64,000 nt of DNA from an uncultured cyanobacterium (GTDB taxonomy: Bacteria > Cyanobacteriota > Cyanobacteriia > Cyanobacteriales > Cyanobacteriaceae): the NCBI GenBank assembly GCA_963710605.1, contig CAVQBA010000006.1:384001-448000 (forward strand), written 5' to 3'. The position numbers and the translations under genes were made by a program. The first letter of the stretch is position 1. Each line of letters opens with the position of its first letter. The notes below the pieces were generated by a model. It was not told where the DNA came from. It did not search any database and worked only from the letters and a program-made list of their open reading frames with translations. Positions 9,411 to 20,989 of this stretch are shown piece after piece.

Positions 9411-10952
9411 ATGTTTAAAAACAAAATAAGCGAATTTTCTAAAGGGTTGATCGCCTTAGGTTTGATTGCAGTAGCAAATCCCGTTCAAGCTAATGATTTG
9501 TTATCTGTTGATTTAGATGGAGAAAATCGTCAAACAAATTCGATGTCTCAGGTTACATCAGTTTCTCAATTAAGAGACGTTTCTCCGACAGATTGGGCTT
9601 ATGAAGCATTAAGAAGTTTGGTTGAGCGTTATGGTTGTATTGTTGGTTATCCCGATCGTACCTTCCGTGGTAATCGTGCTTTAAGTCGTTACGAATTTGC
9701 CGCCGGTTTGAACGCTTGTATGCAACAAATGGAGCGTTTAATCGCAGGTAGTGAATCAGTTTTAAAAGAAGATGTTGCTACATTACAACGATTAATTACA
9801 GAATTTGAAGCTGAATTAGCCGCATTAGGTGCTAGAGTTGATAACTTTGAAGGTAGAGTTGCCTTTTTAGAAGACAATCAGTTTTCTACTACTACCAAAT
9901 TATACGGTGAGGTTACTCTTAATATAGCTCAAGCATTTGGTGACGACGATGATGTTGACACTCAGACTACTTTGACCGATAAAGTTCGTTTACAATTAAC
10001 TAGCAGTTTTACAGGAAAAGATGCTTTAATTACTCGTTTAACCGCAGGTAATATTGGTAATTCTTTTGCTTCTCAATTAGGTACTCAAGAAGGACGTTTT
10101 GCTTTTGATGGCCCTAATGGTAATGATGTGACGATCGATCGTTTACACTACAGATTTCCTGCTACTGATGACTTGACTGTTACCGTCATGGCTAGTTTGG
10201 GTGGACACCACTACTATGCCGATACTTTCAACACTGGTTTAGAAGCTGGTGGTGGTGGTAGAGGTGCGTTATCCAGATTTGGCGAACGTAACCCTATTTA
10301 TCGTCTTGGTTTGGGCGGACAAGGTATTGGTTTTAAATATCAACCTGGTTCTTTGTTTGAATTTAGTGCGGGTTATTTAGCTCGCGGTGGTAGCAATCCT
10401 AATGAAGGTTTTGGTTTGTTTAACGGTAGTTATTCAGCAATGGCTCAAGCAGTCATCAAACCTAGCGATAACTTAAAATTTGGTGTTAACTATATCAGAG
10501 GATACGACCCTCAAGGAAGATTTGTTTTAGGCGGTACGGGTACAAATGTAGCTAATGGAATTGATACTTTTGGTTCTGTAGAAAGTAATTCAATTGGTGT
10601 CCAAGGTCAATTCGATATTTCTCCTAGGTTCAGTATTCGTGCTTGGGGTGGTTATATTGATGCCAATGTTGATGGCGATGATGATGGTGAAATTTGGACT
10701 TATGCCTTAGCTTTAGCTTTCCCAGATTTAGGTAAAGAAGGTGCTTTAGGTGCAATTATTGCTGGTGCTGAACCTTATGATGGTAATGCTAGAAATAATG
10801 ATACACCTTACCATATTGAAGTTTCTTACAAATATCCTTTAAACGACAATATTTCTATTACACCTGGTTTGATGGTATTAACAAATCCTAACCAAGATGA
10901 CGATCGTGATGCAATCTATATTGGCACAATTAGAACTACATTCCATTTCTAA
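9411..10952 (+). CDS. Cyanobacterial outer-membrane porin (SLH + OprB-like; iron-uptake-porin family)
   Basis: Signal peptide, QVTSVSQLRDVSPTDWAYEAL SLH domain, FSTTTKL, C-terminal RTTFHF. Confidence 0.93.
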   Translation: MFKNKISEFSKGLIALGLIAVANPVQANDLLSVDLDGENRQTNSMSQVTSVSQLRDVSPTDWAYEALRSLVERYGCIVGYPDRTFRGNRALSRYEFAAGLNACMQQMERLIAGSESVLKEDVATLQRLITEFEAELAALGARVDNFEGRVAFLEDNQFSTTTKLYGEVTLNIAQAFGDDDDVDTQTTLTDKVRLQLTSSFTGKDALITRLTAGNIGNSFASQLGTQEGRFAFDGPNGNDVTIDRLHYRFPATDDLTVTVMASLGGHHYYADTFNTGLEAGGGGRGALSRFGERNPIYRLGLGGQGIGFKYQPGSLFEFSAGYLARGGSNPNEGFGLFNGSYSAMAQAVIKPSDNLKFGVNYIRGYDPQGRFVLGGTGTNVANGIDTFGSVESNSIGVQGQFDISPRFSIRAWGGYIDANVDGDDDGEIWTYALALAFPDLGKEGALGAIIAGAEPYDGNARNNDTPYHIEVSYKYPLNDNISITPGLMVLTNPNQDDDRDAIYIGTIRTTFHF

Positions 10953-10987
10953 ACTCTGTCTTAACTCAATTAAATAATTAAATTACG

Positions 10988-11014
10988 AGGTGTAACTATA
11001 ATGGTTACACCTTT
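10988..11014 (+). terminator. Intrinsic terminator after porin
   Basis: AGGTGTAAC-tataatg-GTTACACCT then T tract. Confidence 0.7.
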
Positions 11015-11041
11015 TACTTTTGACAAAGAATAAACTATGGT

Positions 11042-11062
11042 GGTGGGTAATGCCCACCCTAC
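11042..11062 (-). repeat. GTAG-type REP hairpin
   Basis: Reverse strand reads GTAG-GGTGGGCA-T-TACCCACC; related GTAG-led hairpins at 12304-12370, 58196-58221, 59528-59550. Confidence 0.65.
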
Positions 11063-11160
11063 TACTAAAAAGTAGTCTTTCGATTAAATCAAGAATTGTA
11101 AGCCTCACAATTTTTAAATTGAAATATTGTAATTGTCAACTCTCAATTGTCAATTGTCAA

Positions 11161-11865
11161 TTATTTACGTACTGCTTCTAAAATTCGTGAATAATAAAAA
11201 CTAGTACTTGTCATATCCGTACGTTTAATCGTAAAACCATTGTCTTGAAGAATTTTGACAATATCTTCTTCTTTATGTTGATAAGCACGAGTTGTTTTGC
11301 TAGTGCCAGGAAAAAACTCACCTATACGTTTGAGTATAGTTAAAGCAAATGTTTTCGGGGCAAAACTAAGTATAATTCTAGATTTGGCTAAGGAAGATAA
11401 ATGACTAATCATCCCAGCGGCATCCTCTGTCGGGTAATGAATCAAGACATCCAAACAAATAACAGTATCGTAGCTTCCCCTAATCGATTCTAAATCTTGA
11501 ACATTTAATCTAATATTACGAGGAGAGTTTAATTGTTGTTTAATTCTCTCGGCGGCTTCTCCTACCATTTTGCTGGATATATCACTAGCATAAACAGTTG
11601 CCCCTTCACTAGCTAAGGGTAAGGTAAGACTACCGACACCACAACCCGCATCACAAATAGTTAGTTTATCTAGATTACCATCTGCTTTTAACCAATCAAC
11701 AACAGTATCGATCGTTTGTTGATGACCATCACGAATATTTAATTGGACTTTATTGACTTTACCATCACCATATATATTACGCCAACGATCGAAACCTGTG
11801 TTATTAAAATAATCTTTGACTATTGTTTTTTCATTATTGTTAGATTTATCAAATGTATTGACCAT
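11161..11865 (-). CDS. chlM: Magnesium protoporphyrin IX methyltransferase
   Basis: YFNNTGFDRWRNIYG, DAGCGVG, CLDVLIHYP, KTTRAYQH, FYYSRILE. Confidence 0.96.
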   Translation of the reverse strand: MVNTFDKSNNNEKTIVKDYFNNTGFDRWRNIYGDGKVNKVQLNIRDGHQQTIDTVVDWLKADGNLDKLTICDAGCGVGSLTLPLASEGATVYASDISSKMVGEAAERIKQQLNSPRNIRLNVQDLESIRGSYDTVICLDVLIHYPTEDAAGMISHLSSLAKSRIILSFAPKTFALTILKRIGEFFPGTSKTTRAYQHKEEDIVKILQDNGFTIKRTDMTSTSFYYSRILEAVRK

Positions 11866-12117
11866 ATTATTTATTGCTACTAATTCATTAGTTATACTAA
11901 TCCAACTTACTAACTTATCACATTATTTCATCGCCAATAATCTCATTGATTACTCAATATTGTTAACCATAATATCGATCCCCCCTAGCCCCCCTTTTCG
12001 TAAGGGGGGAACAAGATCGTGGTCGTGGTTGGTGTTGATGTCGGTTTAGAGTAGGAAGGTTGACCAGATGCGGCTTACACTATTATTAAGTTGATTAATT
12101 ATTTGGAGGTTTTAATT

Positions 12118-12333
12118 ATGAATGTCATACCCGTTACTATTGAGGAACTTCTCAAACTTTATACGACTGGACAAAGAGACTTCACTAAGTTTAAGGTCAG
12201 AGCTACAAGTAAGGAGATGGATGGAGTTAATTTGAGTGGTGCTATCTTTGACAATACAATCATGCCTGATGGAACAATTAAAGAAAAACGAATAGTTACT
12301 TTTGTAGGTTGGGTTGAGCCTCAAAAAGCTTAA
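12118..12333 (+). pseudogene. Internally deleted pentapeptide-repeat protein remnant
   Basis: GGAGG RBS; EELLKLYTTGQRDF N-cap and NLSGAIFDNTIMPDGTI C-cap with almost no repeats between; ORF runs into a REP-like sequence. Confidence 0.6.
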
Positions 12334-12610
12334 TATACATTCTATACATAAAATAAAAGCGAAACCCAACATTTAATACTGGTAAAGTACGATCGCATTT
12401 ATTATAGGATGCGTTCGTTAACCATTCTCAAATTAAGATAATTCCATATAGTACAAAACTCACCACCCTTACTGTTAAGAATAAACAAGTATATTTGCAC
12501 TATTAGGTATAAACAAACGAGCTAATATTTGTCAATTCTCAATTCTCAATTCTCTCACTGAACCATTCATTAAATGTCCTTTGTTTGCTAAACTGCATAG
12601 AAGTTGAAAT

Positions 12611-14371
12611 ATGCAAAATAAGAAAAGAAAACTATTGTCTCAATCTAGCTATAGACTTTTAATTCCTTATATCATTAACGAAAAAAAGACGATCGCTATC
12701 GCCTTTAGTTGTACGATCGTATTTACTATTTTCTGGCCAATCTTAGCATGGTTAGCAGGAAAAATGGCAGAATATATCGGTAAAGGAGATCTACAATCGA
12801 TCGGTTATTATGCTGGGATTGCGGCGATCGTTTTTCTTCTTAGAGGAATTGTGCAATATGGGCAAGATACTTTTATGGCAAAAGCGGCTTTAAAAATTGC
12901 CTATGAATTACGAGTTTATGCTTATTCACATTTACAAAGTTTAAGTTTAAATTATTTTCAGGATGTTAAAACAGGTGATTTGGCTTATCGTCTGACAGAG
13001 GATATCGAAAGGATTGGCGAAGTGGTTAAAAAGATTTTTCAGCAATTTATACCCAGTGTTTTGCAATTGGTTGTTGTTTTGTCATACATCATCTATGTCA
13101 ATTGGCAGTTGACTATCGCTACTTTCGTTGTCGCTCCTTTTATTGCTATTTTGATTACATGGTTTGGTGGTAAATTATTAGATTTGACTAGAAAAAGTCA
13201 AAGCAAGGTTTCTAATATCTCAGCCTTAATTACCGAAGTATTTTCAGGAATTAGATTAGTTAAAGCATTTTCTGCTGAAAAATACGAAATCGATCGTTTT
13301 GCCCAAGAAGCAGATAAAAATCGTCAAGCTCAATTTGCCGCCGAAAAAATTAAGGCTTTACAAATTGTGGTTATCTTTTTTTTAGAGTTGATGAGTTTTG
13401 TTTTTCTTTTCTTTTTAGGTGGTTGGCAAATCTCGTTAGGTAATATGACGGGTACAGATTTTGTTAGTTATCTTACCGCAGTGGCGTTATTAATCGATCC
13501 AATTGCTTTTACTACCAGTAATTACAACGAATATAAACAAAATGAGGCTTCTGTAGAACGTATTTTAGAATTATTACAAGTCAAACCTTTAATAACTGAA
13601 AAAGAAAAAACGATCGAGTTAAATAATATTAAAGGAATAGTAGAATATAAAAATGTTCGGTTTGGTTATGATATTCAAAATCCTGTTTTAAAAGATATTA
13701 ATTTAACTGTCAAACAAGGAGAAATAATCGCTTTAGTTGGTTCTTCTGGTGCTGGTAAAAGTACGTTAGTTAATTTACTTCCTCGCTTTTATGATGTTTC
13801 TTCGGGAGCGGTTTTAATTGATAACATTGATATTCGAGAATTAACTTTAAATAACCTGAGAAAATATATCGGTATTGTCCCTCAAGAAACTAATTTGTTT
13901 TCAGGAACGATTGCTGATAATATTGCTTTTGGTCGGCGTAATTACGATATTCAAGAAGTAGAAAAAGCGGCTAGAATTGCTAACGCTCACGAATTTGTTT
14001 CGCAATTTAGTCAAGGTTATTATACTTATGTAGGAGAGCGAGGCGTTAATTTATCAGGCGGACAAAGACAAAGAATAGCGATCGCACGAGCAGTGTATTT
14101 TGATCCGAGAATATTGATTTTAGATGAAGCTACTAGTGCATTAGATTCCGAATCAGAGGTATTAGTTCAACAAGCATTAGAAAGAGTAATGCAACAACGT
14201 ACAGTTTTTGTGATTGCTCATCGTTTGGCTACAGTAAGAAAAGCTAATCGTATTTTAGTTTTAGAAGCAGGAAAAATTGTCGAGTCAGGAACGCATGAAG
14301 AATTAATAGCACAAAATGGACTTTATTTCAAGTTTCATGCTCAACAATTTTATGGACAAGAAAAGAGTTAA
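12611..14371 (+). CDS. ABC transporter fused permease/ATP-binding protein (MsbA-like exporter)
   Basis: Six-TM N-domain, GSSGAGKS, LSGGQRQR, ILILDEATSALD, IAHRL. Confidence 0.95.
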   Translation: MQNKKRKLLSQSSYRLLIPYIINEKKTIAIAFSCTIVFTIFWPILAWLAGKMAEYIGKGDLQSIGYYAGIAAIVFLLRGIVQYGQDTFMAKAALKIAYELRVYAYSHLQSLSLNYFQDVKTGDLAYRLTEDIERIGEVVKKIFQQFIPSVLQLVVVLSYIIYVNWQLTIATFVVAPFIAILITWFGGKLLDLTRKSQSKVSNISALITEVFSGIRLVKAFSAEKYEIDRFAQEADKNRQAQFAAEKIKALQIVVIFFLELMSFVFLFFLGGWQISLGNMTGTDFVSYLTAVALLIDPIAFTTSNYNEYKQNEASVERILELLQVKPLITEKEKTIELNNIKGIVEYKNVRFGYDIQNPVLKDINLTVKQGEIIALVGSSGAGKSTLVNLLPRFYDVSSGAVLIDNIDIRELTLNNLRKYIGIVPQETNLFSGTIADNIAFGRRNYDIQEVEKAARIANAHEFVSQFSQGYYTYVGERGVNLSGGQRQRIAIARAVYFDPRILILDEATSALDSESEVLVQQALERVMQQRTVFVIAHRLATVRKANRILVLEAGKIVESGTHEELIAQNGLYFKFHAQQFYGQEKS

Positions 14372-14533
14372 TTATAGTTATTTCAAATAAAAATGAGACA
14401 ACTTGGTGCTGATAAGTTGGAGTTTAATAAATTAAACGGATTTTGTTAGCCTTGTCAATTCATACTCAAGGCGGTTTTTATGTTTTTTTCTACTGTTTTT
14501 CTACTGTCTCAAACTTAATTTAAATAATTATAA
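14372..14533. repeat. MITE-like element with about 29-bp imperfect terminal inverted repeats
   Basis: TTATAGTTATTTCAAATAAAAATGAGACA ... TGTCTCAAACTTAATTTAAATAATTATAA; inner GCCTTG..CAAGGC hairpin; same terminus inverted at about 31573-31602. Confidence 0.65.
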
Positions 14534-14589
14534 ATACTCAAATGGGCTACACTAATGATAGTCATCAAATAAAGCCAAAACGACAAAAA

Positions 14590-14856
14590 ATGAGTAAAAC
14601 AGCAACTGTTCGGGCGAGAATTGAACCTGAGTTAAAAAAGAATGTTGAAGATATTTTTGAACAATTAGGATTAACCACAACTGAAGCTATCAATCTTTTT
14701 TATAAACAAGTTGAATTACATCATGGATTACCTTTTGAAGTAAAAATTCCTAATCAAGAAACAAGAATAACTTTTGAAAAAACCGATCGACAAGAAGAAT
14801 TAGTCGATTGTGAAAATGTAGAAGATATGTTTGACAAGCTAGGAATTCAATCGTGA
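14590..14856 (+). CDS. dinJ: RelB/DinJ family antitoxin
   Basis: MSKTATVRARIEPELK, LGLTTTEAINLF, GLPFEVKIPN. Confidence 0.88.
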   Translation: MSKTATVRARIEPELKKNVEDIFEQLGLTTTEAINLFYKQVELHHGLPFEVKIPNQETRITFEKTDRQEELVDCENVEDMFDKLGIQS

Positions 14857-15103
14857 TTCCGTCTTATACTAAACGCTTTCAAAAAGAGGTAAAAAGATAG
14901 ATAAACTTAAACAAGTTATCAAAATGTTAGTTAATCAACAGCCTCTTGAATTGAAATATAGAGATTATAAATTAGTGGGAAACTACATCAATCGTAGTGA
15001 ATGTCATATTGAATCTGATTGGTTGTTGATATACAAATTGATGCCTGAAGATAATATAATCATTTTTGAAAGAACAGGTACTCATTCTGATTTATTTGAC
15101 TAA
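14853..15103 (+). pseudogene. yafQ: YafQ family toxin, frameshifted
   Basis: GTG overlapping dinJ stop gives VIPSYTKRFQKEVKR*; another frame continues IDKLKQVI...ECHIESDWLLIY...RTGTHSDLFD*. Confidence 0.85.
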
Positions 15104-15194
15104 GTATCAATTTCAAACTTTTACACTTCAAACCGAACAAATTCAATTCTTGCATATGTTAAGCTAAACAATCAATTTACTTACTCAAAAATCT

Positions 15195-15464
15195 ATGTTT
15201 TCCCTTTCCAAATCTTATCAAGAAGTAAAAGATAACTTAGATACATTATTTAATCAGGTAGAAGAAAATAACACTGTATTAGTAATAAGCCGTGATGGAC
15301 ATGAAGATGTTGCTGTGATTAAAGCAAAAGAATTATCTAGCTTATTAGAAAGTATTCATTTATTACGCTCATCCGCCCATCTTAATCAAATAAAAATATT
15401 TTTGAAGACTACTAAAAAGTTGTTAGCTATAATACTAGTTAATTTTTTACTAAAAAAGAAATAA
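15195..15464 (+). pseudogene. Phd/YefM family antitoxin, aberrant C-terminus, no cognate toxin
   Basis: SYQEVKDNLDTLFNQV, ISRDGHEDVAVI, SLLESIHLLRS then similarity is lost. Confidence 0.7.
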
Positions 15465-15589
15465 AGTTGTCACATATTATTGATGCTATTAGAAGACTGG
15501 GAATTATTGCTCAACAAGAAAACTGGTTAACTCTTAGCGGCGCTTATGGGGGGAGGAATCACTATTTAAAATGCACACAAGTAAAATTT

Positions 15590-16053
15590 TAAGGGGCATC
15601 TAACAAAAAAAGAAATTGATGAAGTAACTAAAATATTTCCTTTTGAACTTTCTTAAGAAATGTATGATTTATATCAAGTTGGAAATGGTCACGGTTCCCT
15701 TTGATGTATCAAAAATACAAGAATATAATTATTGTAAAGATATAGTTAACTATTATTATTTTTTAATAATACAAGATGAGTGTTTGTATTCTTTACAAGC
15801 ATCAATTGACCTAATCAGAAATGTTTCTTTCAATAAATCTTTTAGTAGTAATAGTTATTTATTATTCCCTCTTTGTACCTTTGAAATAGAAGTAGTATTA
15901 TTGACGATTCTGGACAGAGAAAAAAAAGACACTTCTCCTATTTACCTTGTTGAAGATACTTTATTGTACAAATTTTATCAAAATAATTTTTCTCTAAACG
16001 ATCTGGAGCAAGATGAAATTTGGCCTAGCCTTACAAATATGATGTTGGCTTAG
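15590..16053 (+). pseudogene. SMI1/KNR4 (SUKH)-like immunity protein remnant
   Basis: HLTKKEIDEVTKIFPFELS*EMYDLYQVGNG in one frame and WPSLTNMMLA* in the 15643-16053 frame; internal stop plus frameshift. Confidence 0.55.
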
Positions 16054-16277
16054 ACTTGGAACTATAATGAAAAAAAAAGATAGCTTAGAAAATATTTATA
16101 AAAAGTATGGTAGTAACAATAATGATAAAAATGTAGATTGGTTTCCCTAGATTAATAATATCAGTAAAAATTATCTAGTCAGGAACATATTAAGAATAAC
16201 CATCGTGAAACATGAATTGGTTAGGAAATTTAGATCGTGTTTCCCCCTTTGTTTAAGGGGGATTAAGGGTGTATTAA

Positions 16278-18677
16278 TCAATACGGCCATATCCAATCTT
16301 TATTTCAGGTTTGTCGATACCTTCAGTATGGGCATAATTTAATGTTATCGATAATTTCGTCTTTCATTCTTTCTTTGAGATAACTTGCTTTAGAACCTAA
16401 TTTTGGAACTCGATCGATTACATCTATCACTAAGTTAAAACGATCGATTTGATTGGTGATTGCTAACTCCAAAGGTGTATTAATGTTACCTTGTTCCTTA
16501 TAACCTCTAACATGAAGACGTTCTTGATTTAGATGACGGTAACTTAATTTGTGAATTAACCAAGGATAACCGTGGAAATTGAAAATGATTGGTTTATCTG
16601 GTGTAAACAAACTTTAAAGTCTCGTTTAGATAAACCATGAGGATGCTCGGTATCGTCTTGTAATTTATACAAATCGACGACGTTAATAAAACGTACTTTT
16701 AAATCGGGACATTCTTCTCTTAATATCGCTGTTGCCGCTAAGGCCTCCATTGTTGGTACATCACCACAAGAAGCGATTACAACATCAGGCTCGTTTAAGT
16801 TGTTGTCAGGATTACGATATCGTTACTTGCCCATTCCCAAATACCAATACCTTTAGTACAATGTTTTACCGCTTCATCGATCGAAAGATATTGTAAATGA
16901 TTTTGTTTATCAGCAATAATTACATTGACATAATCACACTTCGTAAACAATGATCGGTTACACTAAGCAAACAATTGGCATCAGGAGGAAAATAAATCCG
17001 TGTCACATCAGCACTTTTGTTAGTGACTAAATCGACAAAACCTGGATCTTGGTGACTAAAACCGTTATGATCTTGTCTCCATACCGTCGAAGAAAGTAAA
17101 ATATTTAAAGAAGAAACAGAGCTACGCCAAGGTACTTTATTTTTACAAATATCTAACCATTTAGCGTGTTGATTAAACATCGAATCAATCACATGAGCAA
17201 ACGCTTCATAAGTGTGAAATAATCCATGTCTGCCTGTGAGTAAATAGGCTTCTAACCATCCCTCTAAAGTATGCTCGCTCAACATCTCCATTACTCTACC
17301 ATCGGGTGAAAGTTCACCGCCGTCTTCATCTTCTGGTAAATAATCCGCCATCCAGACTTTTTTAGCTAACTTTATAAACAGGATTGAGACGATTAGAAGC
17401 AGTTTCATCAGTAACCAAAAATACGGAAACTATCCATATTATTCGCCATGACATCTCGTAAAAAGTAACCCATAACTTTGGTGGTTTGCTCTCTTATTTT
17501 ACCGTGTTCGGGTATATCTAATGCGTATTTAGTAGCTTAGTAAAATCAGGAAGTTTTAACGGTTTGCGTAGCTTACCACCATTAGCGATCAGGATTAGCA
17601 CTCATTCGTTTTTCACCTTTGGGTGCTAGGTTTGCAACTCAGGAATTAAAGTACCATTTTCGTCAAATAATTCTTCAGGATGATAACTTTTCATCCATTC
17701 TGAGAGTCGTTGTAGATGTTCTGGATTATCGTGCATTCCGCCCATTGGCACTTGGTGCGATCGCCAAAAACCTTCTACCTTCTTACCATCAACATTTTTG
17801 GGCCTGTCCAACCTTTAGGAGAGCGAAAAACAATCATTGGCCATCGAGGGCGTTTTGCCACACCGCTACTACGGGCTTCTACTTGAATTTTTTTAATTTT
17901 AGTAATACATTCTTCTAAAGTTTCCGCCATTTTTTGGTGCATTATTTCAGGATTATCACCTTCGACAAAATAAGGCTCATAACCATAACCAACAAACAAA
18001 GCTTCTAACTCTTCATGAGAAATACGAGACAAGATAGTTGGGTTAGCAATTTTGTAACCATTAAGATGCAAAATCGGTAAAACTGCCCCATCACGAATCG
18101 GATTAATAAATTTATTAGAATGCCAAGAAGTTGCTAATGCACCAGTTTCTGCTTCCCCATCACCTACCATAACCACAGAAATCAAATCAGGTTTATCTAA
18201 AATTGAGCCATAACCGTGAGACAAACTATAACCTAACTCTCCTCCTTCATGGATTGAGCCGGGAGTTTCTGGGGTAACATGACTACCAATATGTCCGGGG
18301 AAAGAAAATTGTTTAAAAAATTTCGCCATTCCTGCCGTATCTTGGGTTTTATCTTGATAAATTTCTGAATATGTACCTTCTAAATACACTGGTGCAAGAA
18401 TACCAGGTGCACCATGCCCCGGACCTGCTATATAGACCATATCGAGGTCGTATTTGTTAATTAAGCGGTTGAGATGAACGTAAACAAAGCTCAAACCCGG
18501 ACTCGAACCCCAATGCCCTAAAAGACGTTTTTTGATTTGTTTTGCTTCTAAGGGTTGTTTGAGCAAAGGATTCTCTTTAAGATAAATCATACCCACGGCA
18601 AGATAGTTACAAGCTCGCCAATAAGCATCTATTTTTTGTAGCTCTTGATTGCTTAATGTATTTGATGTTTCGACCAT
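16278..18677 (-). pseudogene. xfp: Phosphoketolase (Xfp/Xpk), full length but broken by many indels
   Basis: [56 protein letters not shown] spread over at least 7 frames; real decay or assembly error. Confidence 0.9.
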
Positions 18678-18898
18678 GATTAAAAACTAAAACTACAATT
18701 AGTGGATAATTCTTATTTCGATTTTGTCTTTTATTTAATTTCAATACAGTATAAATACTTACAGTCAAAAAAATTAAATGATTACAAAGATGTAATTATC
18801 TATATGTTCGATAGATAAGTTAGAATACAACTATTAAAGCAAATGTATTAACTTTAATTATCGATATTTAATTCATTCTAGAGAATAATTCTCAAAAG

Positions 18899-20125
18899 TC
18901 AAGTTAAGAGTAGTTTAAGTTTCAAACATTCAATTGCGATCATCCAATCTTCTTCGGTGTGAATAACTAAAACTCTTACAGAAGAGTCGGTTGTAGCAAT
19001 ATCTTCATCTACTGGTGAATTATTATTTTTATCATCATTTATGGTTAAATTGAGAAATCCTAAAGTTTGGGTTGCTTCAATTCTTACTCGTGCTGAATTT
19101 TCGCCGACTCCTGCGGTAAAAACTAAGGCATCGACTCCACCTAGACTAGTTAACATCGCTCCGATATTTGTTTGTAAACGATGAATATAAATATCCCAAG
19201 CGAGTTTTGCTTGTTCGTTACCTCGATCGATTTCTTCGGTGATTTTTCTTAAATCGCTACTAATATCAGAAACACCTTTTAACCCTGATTCTTTATTGAG
19301 CATTGTTTCTAATTCATCCGCAGACAGATCAAATTCACGCATTAGATAAATTAAAATAGCAGGATCGATTCGAGCCACTACGACTACCCATCATCAACCC
19401 TTCTAGAGGTGTAAAACCCATGGTTGTATTGATACTGATACCATTTTTAACTGCACTCAAAGAGCAACCATTACCTAAATGACAGACAATTATCTTGAGT
19501 GATTCTAGAGGTTGTTGGAGTAGATGAGCGGTTTTAATTGCACAATATTGATGACTGATACCATGAAAACCATAACGGCGAATACCGTGATTAAAATATT
19601 TGTAAGGAATAGGATAAATAGCTGATTTGAGTGGCATCTGACTATGAAAAGCTGTATCAAATACCGCTACTTGAGGAGTGTCTTTTAATAAATTTTCGGT
19701 GATTTCAATTCCAGCTAAATTAATAGGATTGTGGGCAGGGGCAAGTGAGGATAATCGATCGATCGCTTTTTTGACTTTAGGTGTAATTAAGGTAGCCTCG
19801 GAATATTCACTACCACCATGTACGACTCTGTGTCCGACAATATCGATTTCTGATAAACTTTCAATTACTTTTGTTTCCCCTGTCGTCTAGAGGTTTCAAG
19901 CATAGTTTCGATTGCTCGATTCGGCTCAGAATTATCCAAATCTTGTTGATGTTTACAATTAGCTGTTTTGACTGTTAATTCTGCTGAAGAACTATTGACA
20001 TTTGTTTGGATATGTGCTGACCACAGAGGAGATTGAACTGATTCTGGAGTAGAAGAATCTGCTGATAAATCGTAAAGACAACTTTTATGACTACTCGAAC
20101 CAGCATTGAGAACTAAGATTTTCAT
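18899..20125 (-). pseudogene. ackA: Acetate kinase, frameshifted
   Basis: [56 protein letters not shown] across several frames. Confidence 0.9.
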
Positions 20126-20181
20126 GGTTTATAATTAGTGAACAGATAAATCTTGGCTTACTTCTTCATCTTACTTACAGC

Positions 20182-20608
20182 CTAGGGAAAAATTAATTTT
20201 TCTTTTTTAGTGTACCAATCACAAGGGCAAATACCATTAACTGTAAATTTATTAACTTCAACCTGAGTTACTTGTACAGGATTATTACGACAAGGATAAC
20301 CACATTCATAGTTATAATTTGTCATCCATGCTTTACCTAATGAATTTGATTGTGCAGTTTCAGAAGAAAAAAGATATTTACCCATAGGAATCTGCATTGA
20401 AAAAGTCGATTGTCCAGCTTTGGTTTTGATACAATATCTTTGAGAAGTATTCACTTTTGTCGCACAGACTACTAGTGAAGGTAAATAATCTGAAGGATAA
20501 ATTAGTTTTCCTTTTACCGTCGTCATTTGTGTTTGAGCATTAAGTGTAGGGTTGAACTGAAACAATTGAGGCTAGACTAACTAACAAAGTAGTGGCTATT
20601 CTTTTCAT
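20182..20608 (-). CDS. Secreted Cys-rich hypothetical protein with apparent 1-nt frameshift after the signal peptide
   Basis: ATG 20608 gives MKRIATTLLVSLASIVSVQP; removing one C near 20550 joins it to the 20182-20565 frame (TLNAQTQM...YPSDYLP..VCA...CPCDWY). Confidence 0.6.
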
Positions 20609-20839
20609 AAGTCTATTATTTGGTTTTCTCGAACTTATTAAAGATTGACGTAATTAATCATCTATTTGATTCCTTTTTTTTGATTTGGGTAAGTATTCAC
20701 TCATGAGTAACTCCACAGATATACAATTACGAATTGAGAATACAAAATGTAAACTTTAAACGTAACAAACATATTGCGATCGATAATATTACTATATAAG
20801 TTTGGTAATTAAATGATTAAATAATTAATAATTAATTTT

Positions 20840-20944
20840 ATGGATGTTAGTAAGTTAGATTATCTTCTAGGTGCGATCGCTTTTATTATTTTTGGTGTCG
20901 GTTTAATTATGTTAATTGGCGGGGTAAAAGATATGAATGATTAA
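20840..20944 (+). CDS. Putative 34-aa single-pass membrane protein (not in ORF track)
   Basis: MDVSKLDYLLGAIAFIIFGVGLIMLIGGVKDMND*; GC-enriched versus flanks, contains a HIP1 site. Confidence 0.55.
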   Translation: MDVSKLDYLLGAIAFIIFGVGLIMLIGGVKDMND

Positions 20945-20989
20945 TAGTTTTAAATAGGTTAAATTCATCTATAAATAAACAAAAAGAAA

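Noticed and set aside
11816-12049. 77-aa plus-strand ORF
   Set aside because: Overlaps chlM start antisense and reads through a palindromic repeat (PPSPPFRKGG); no credible start
16278-20125. Programmed ribosomal frameshifting in xfp/ackA
   Set aside because: Too many shifts at non-slippery sites
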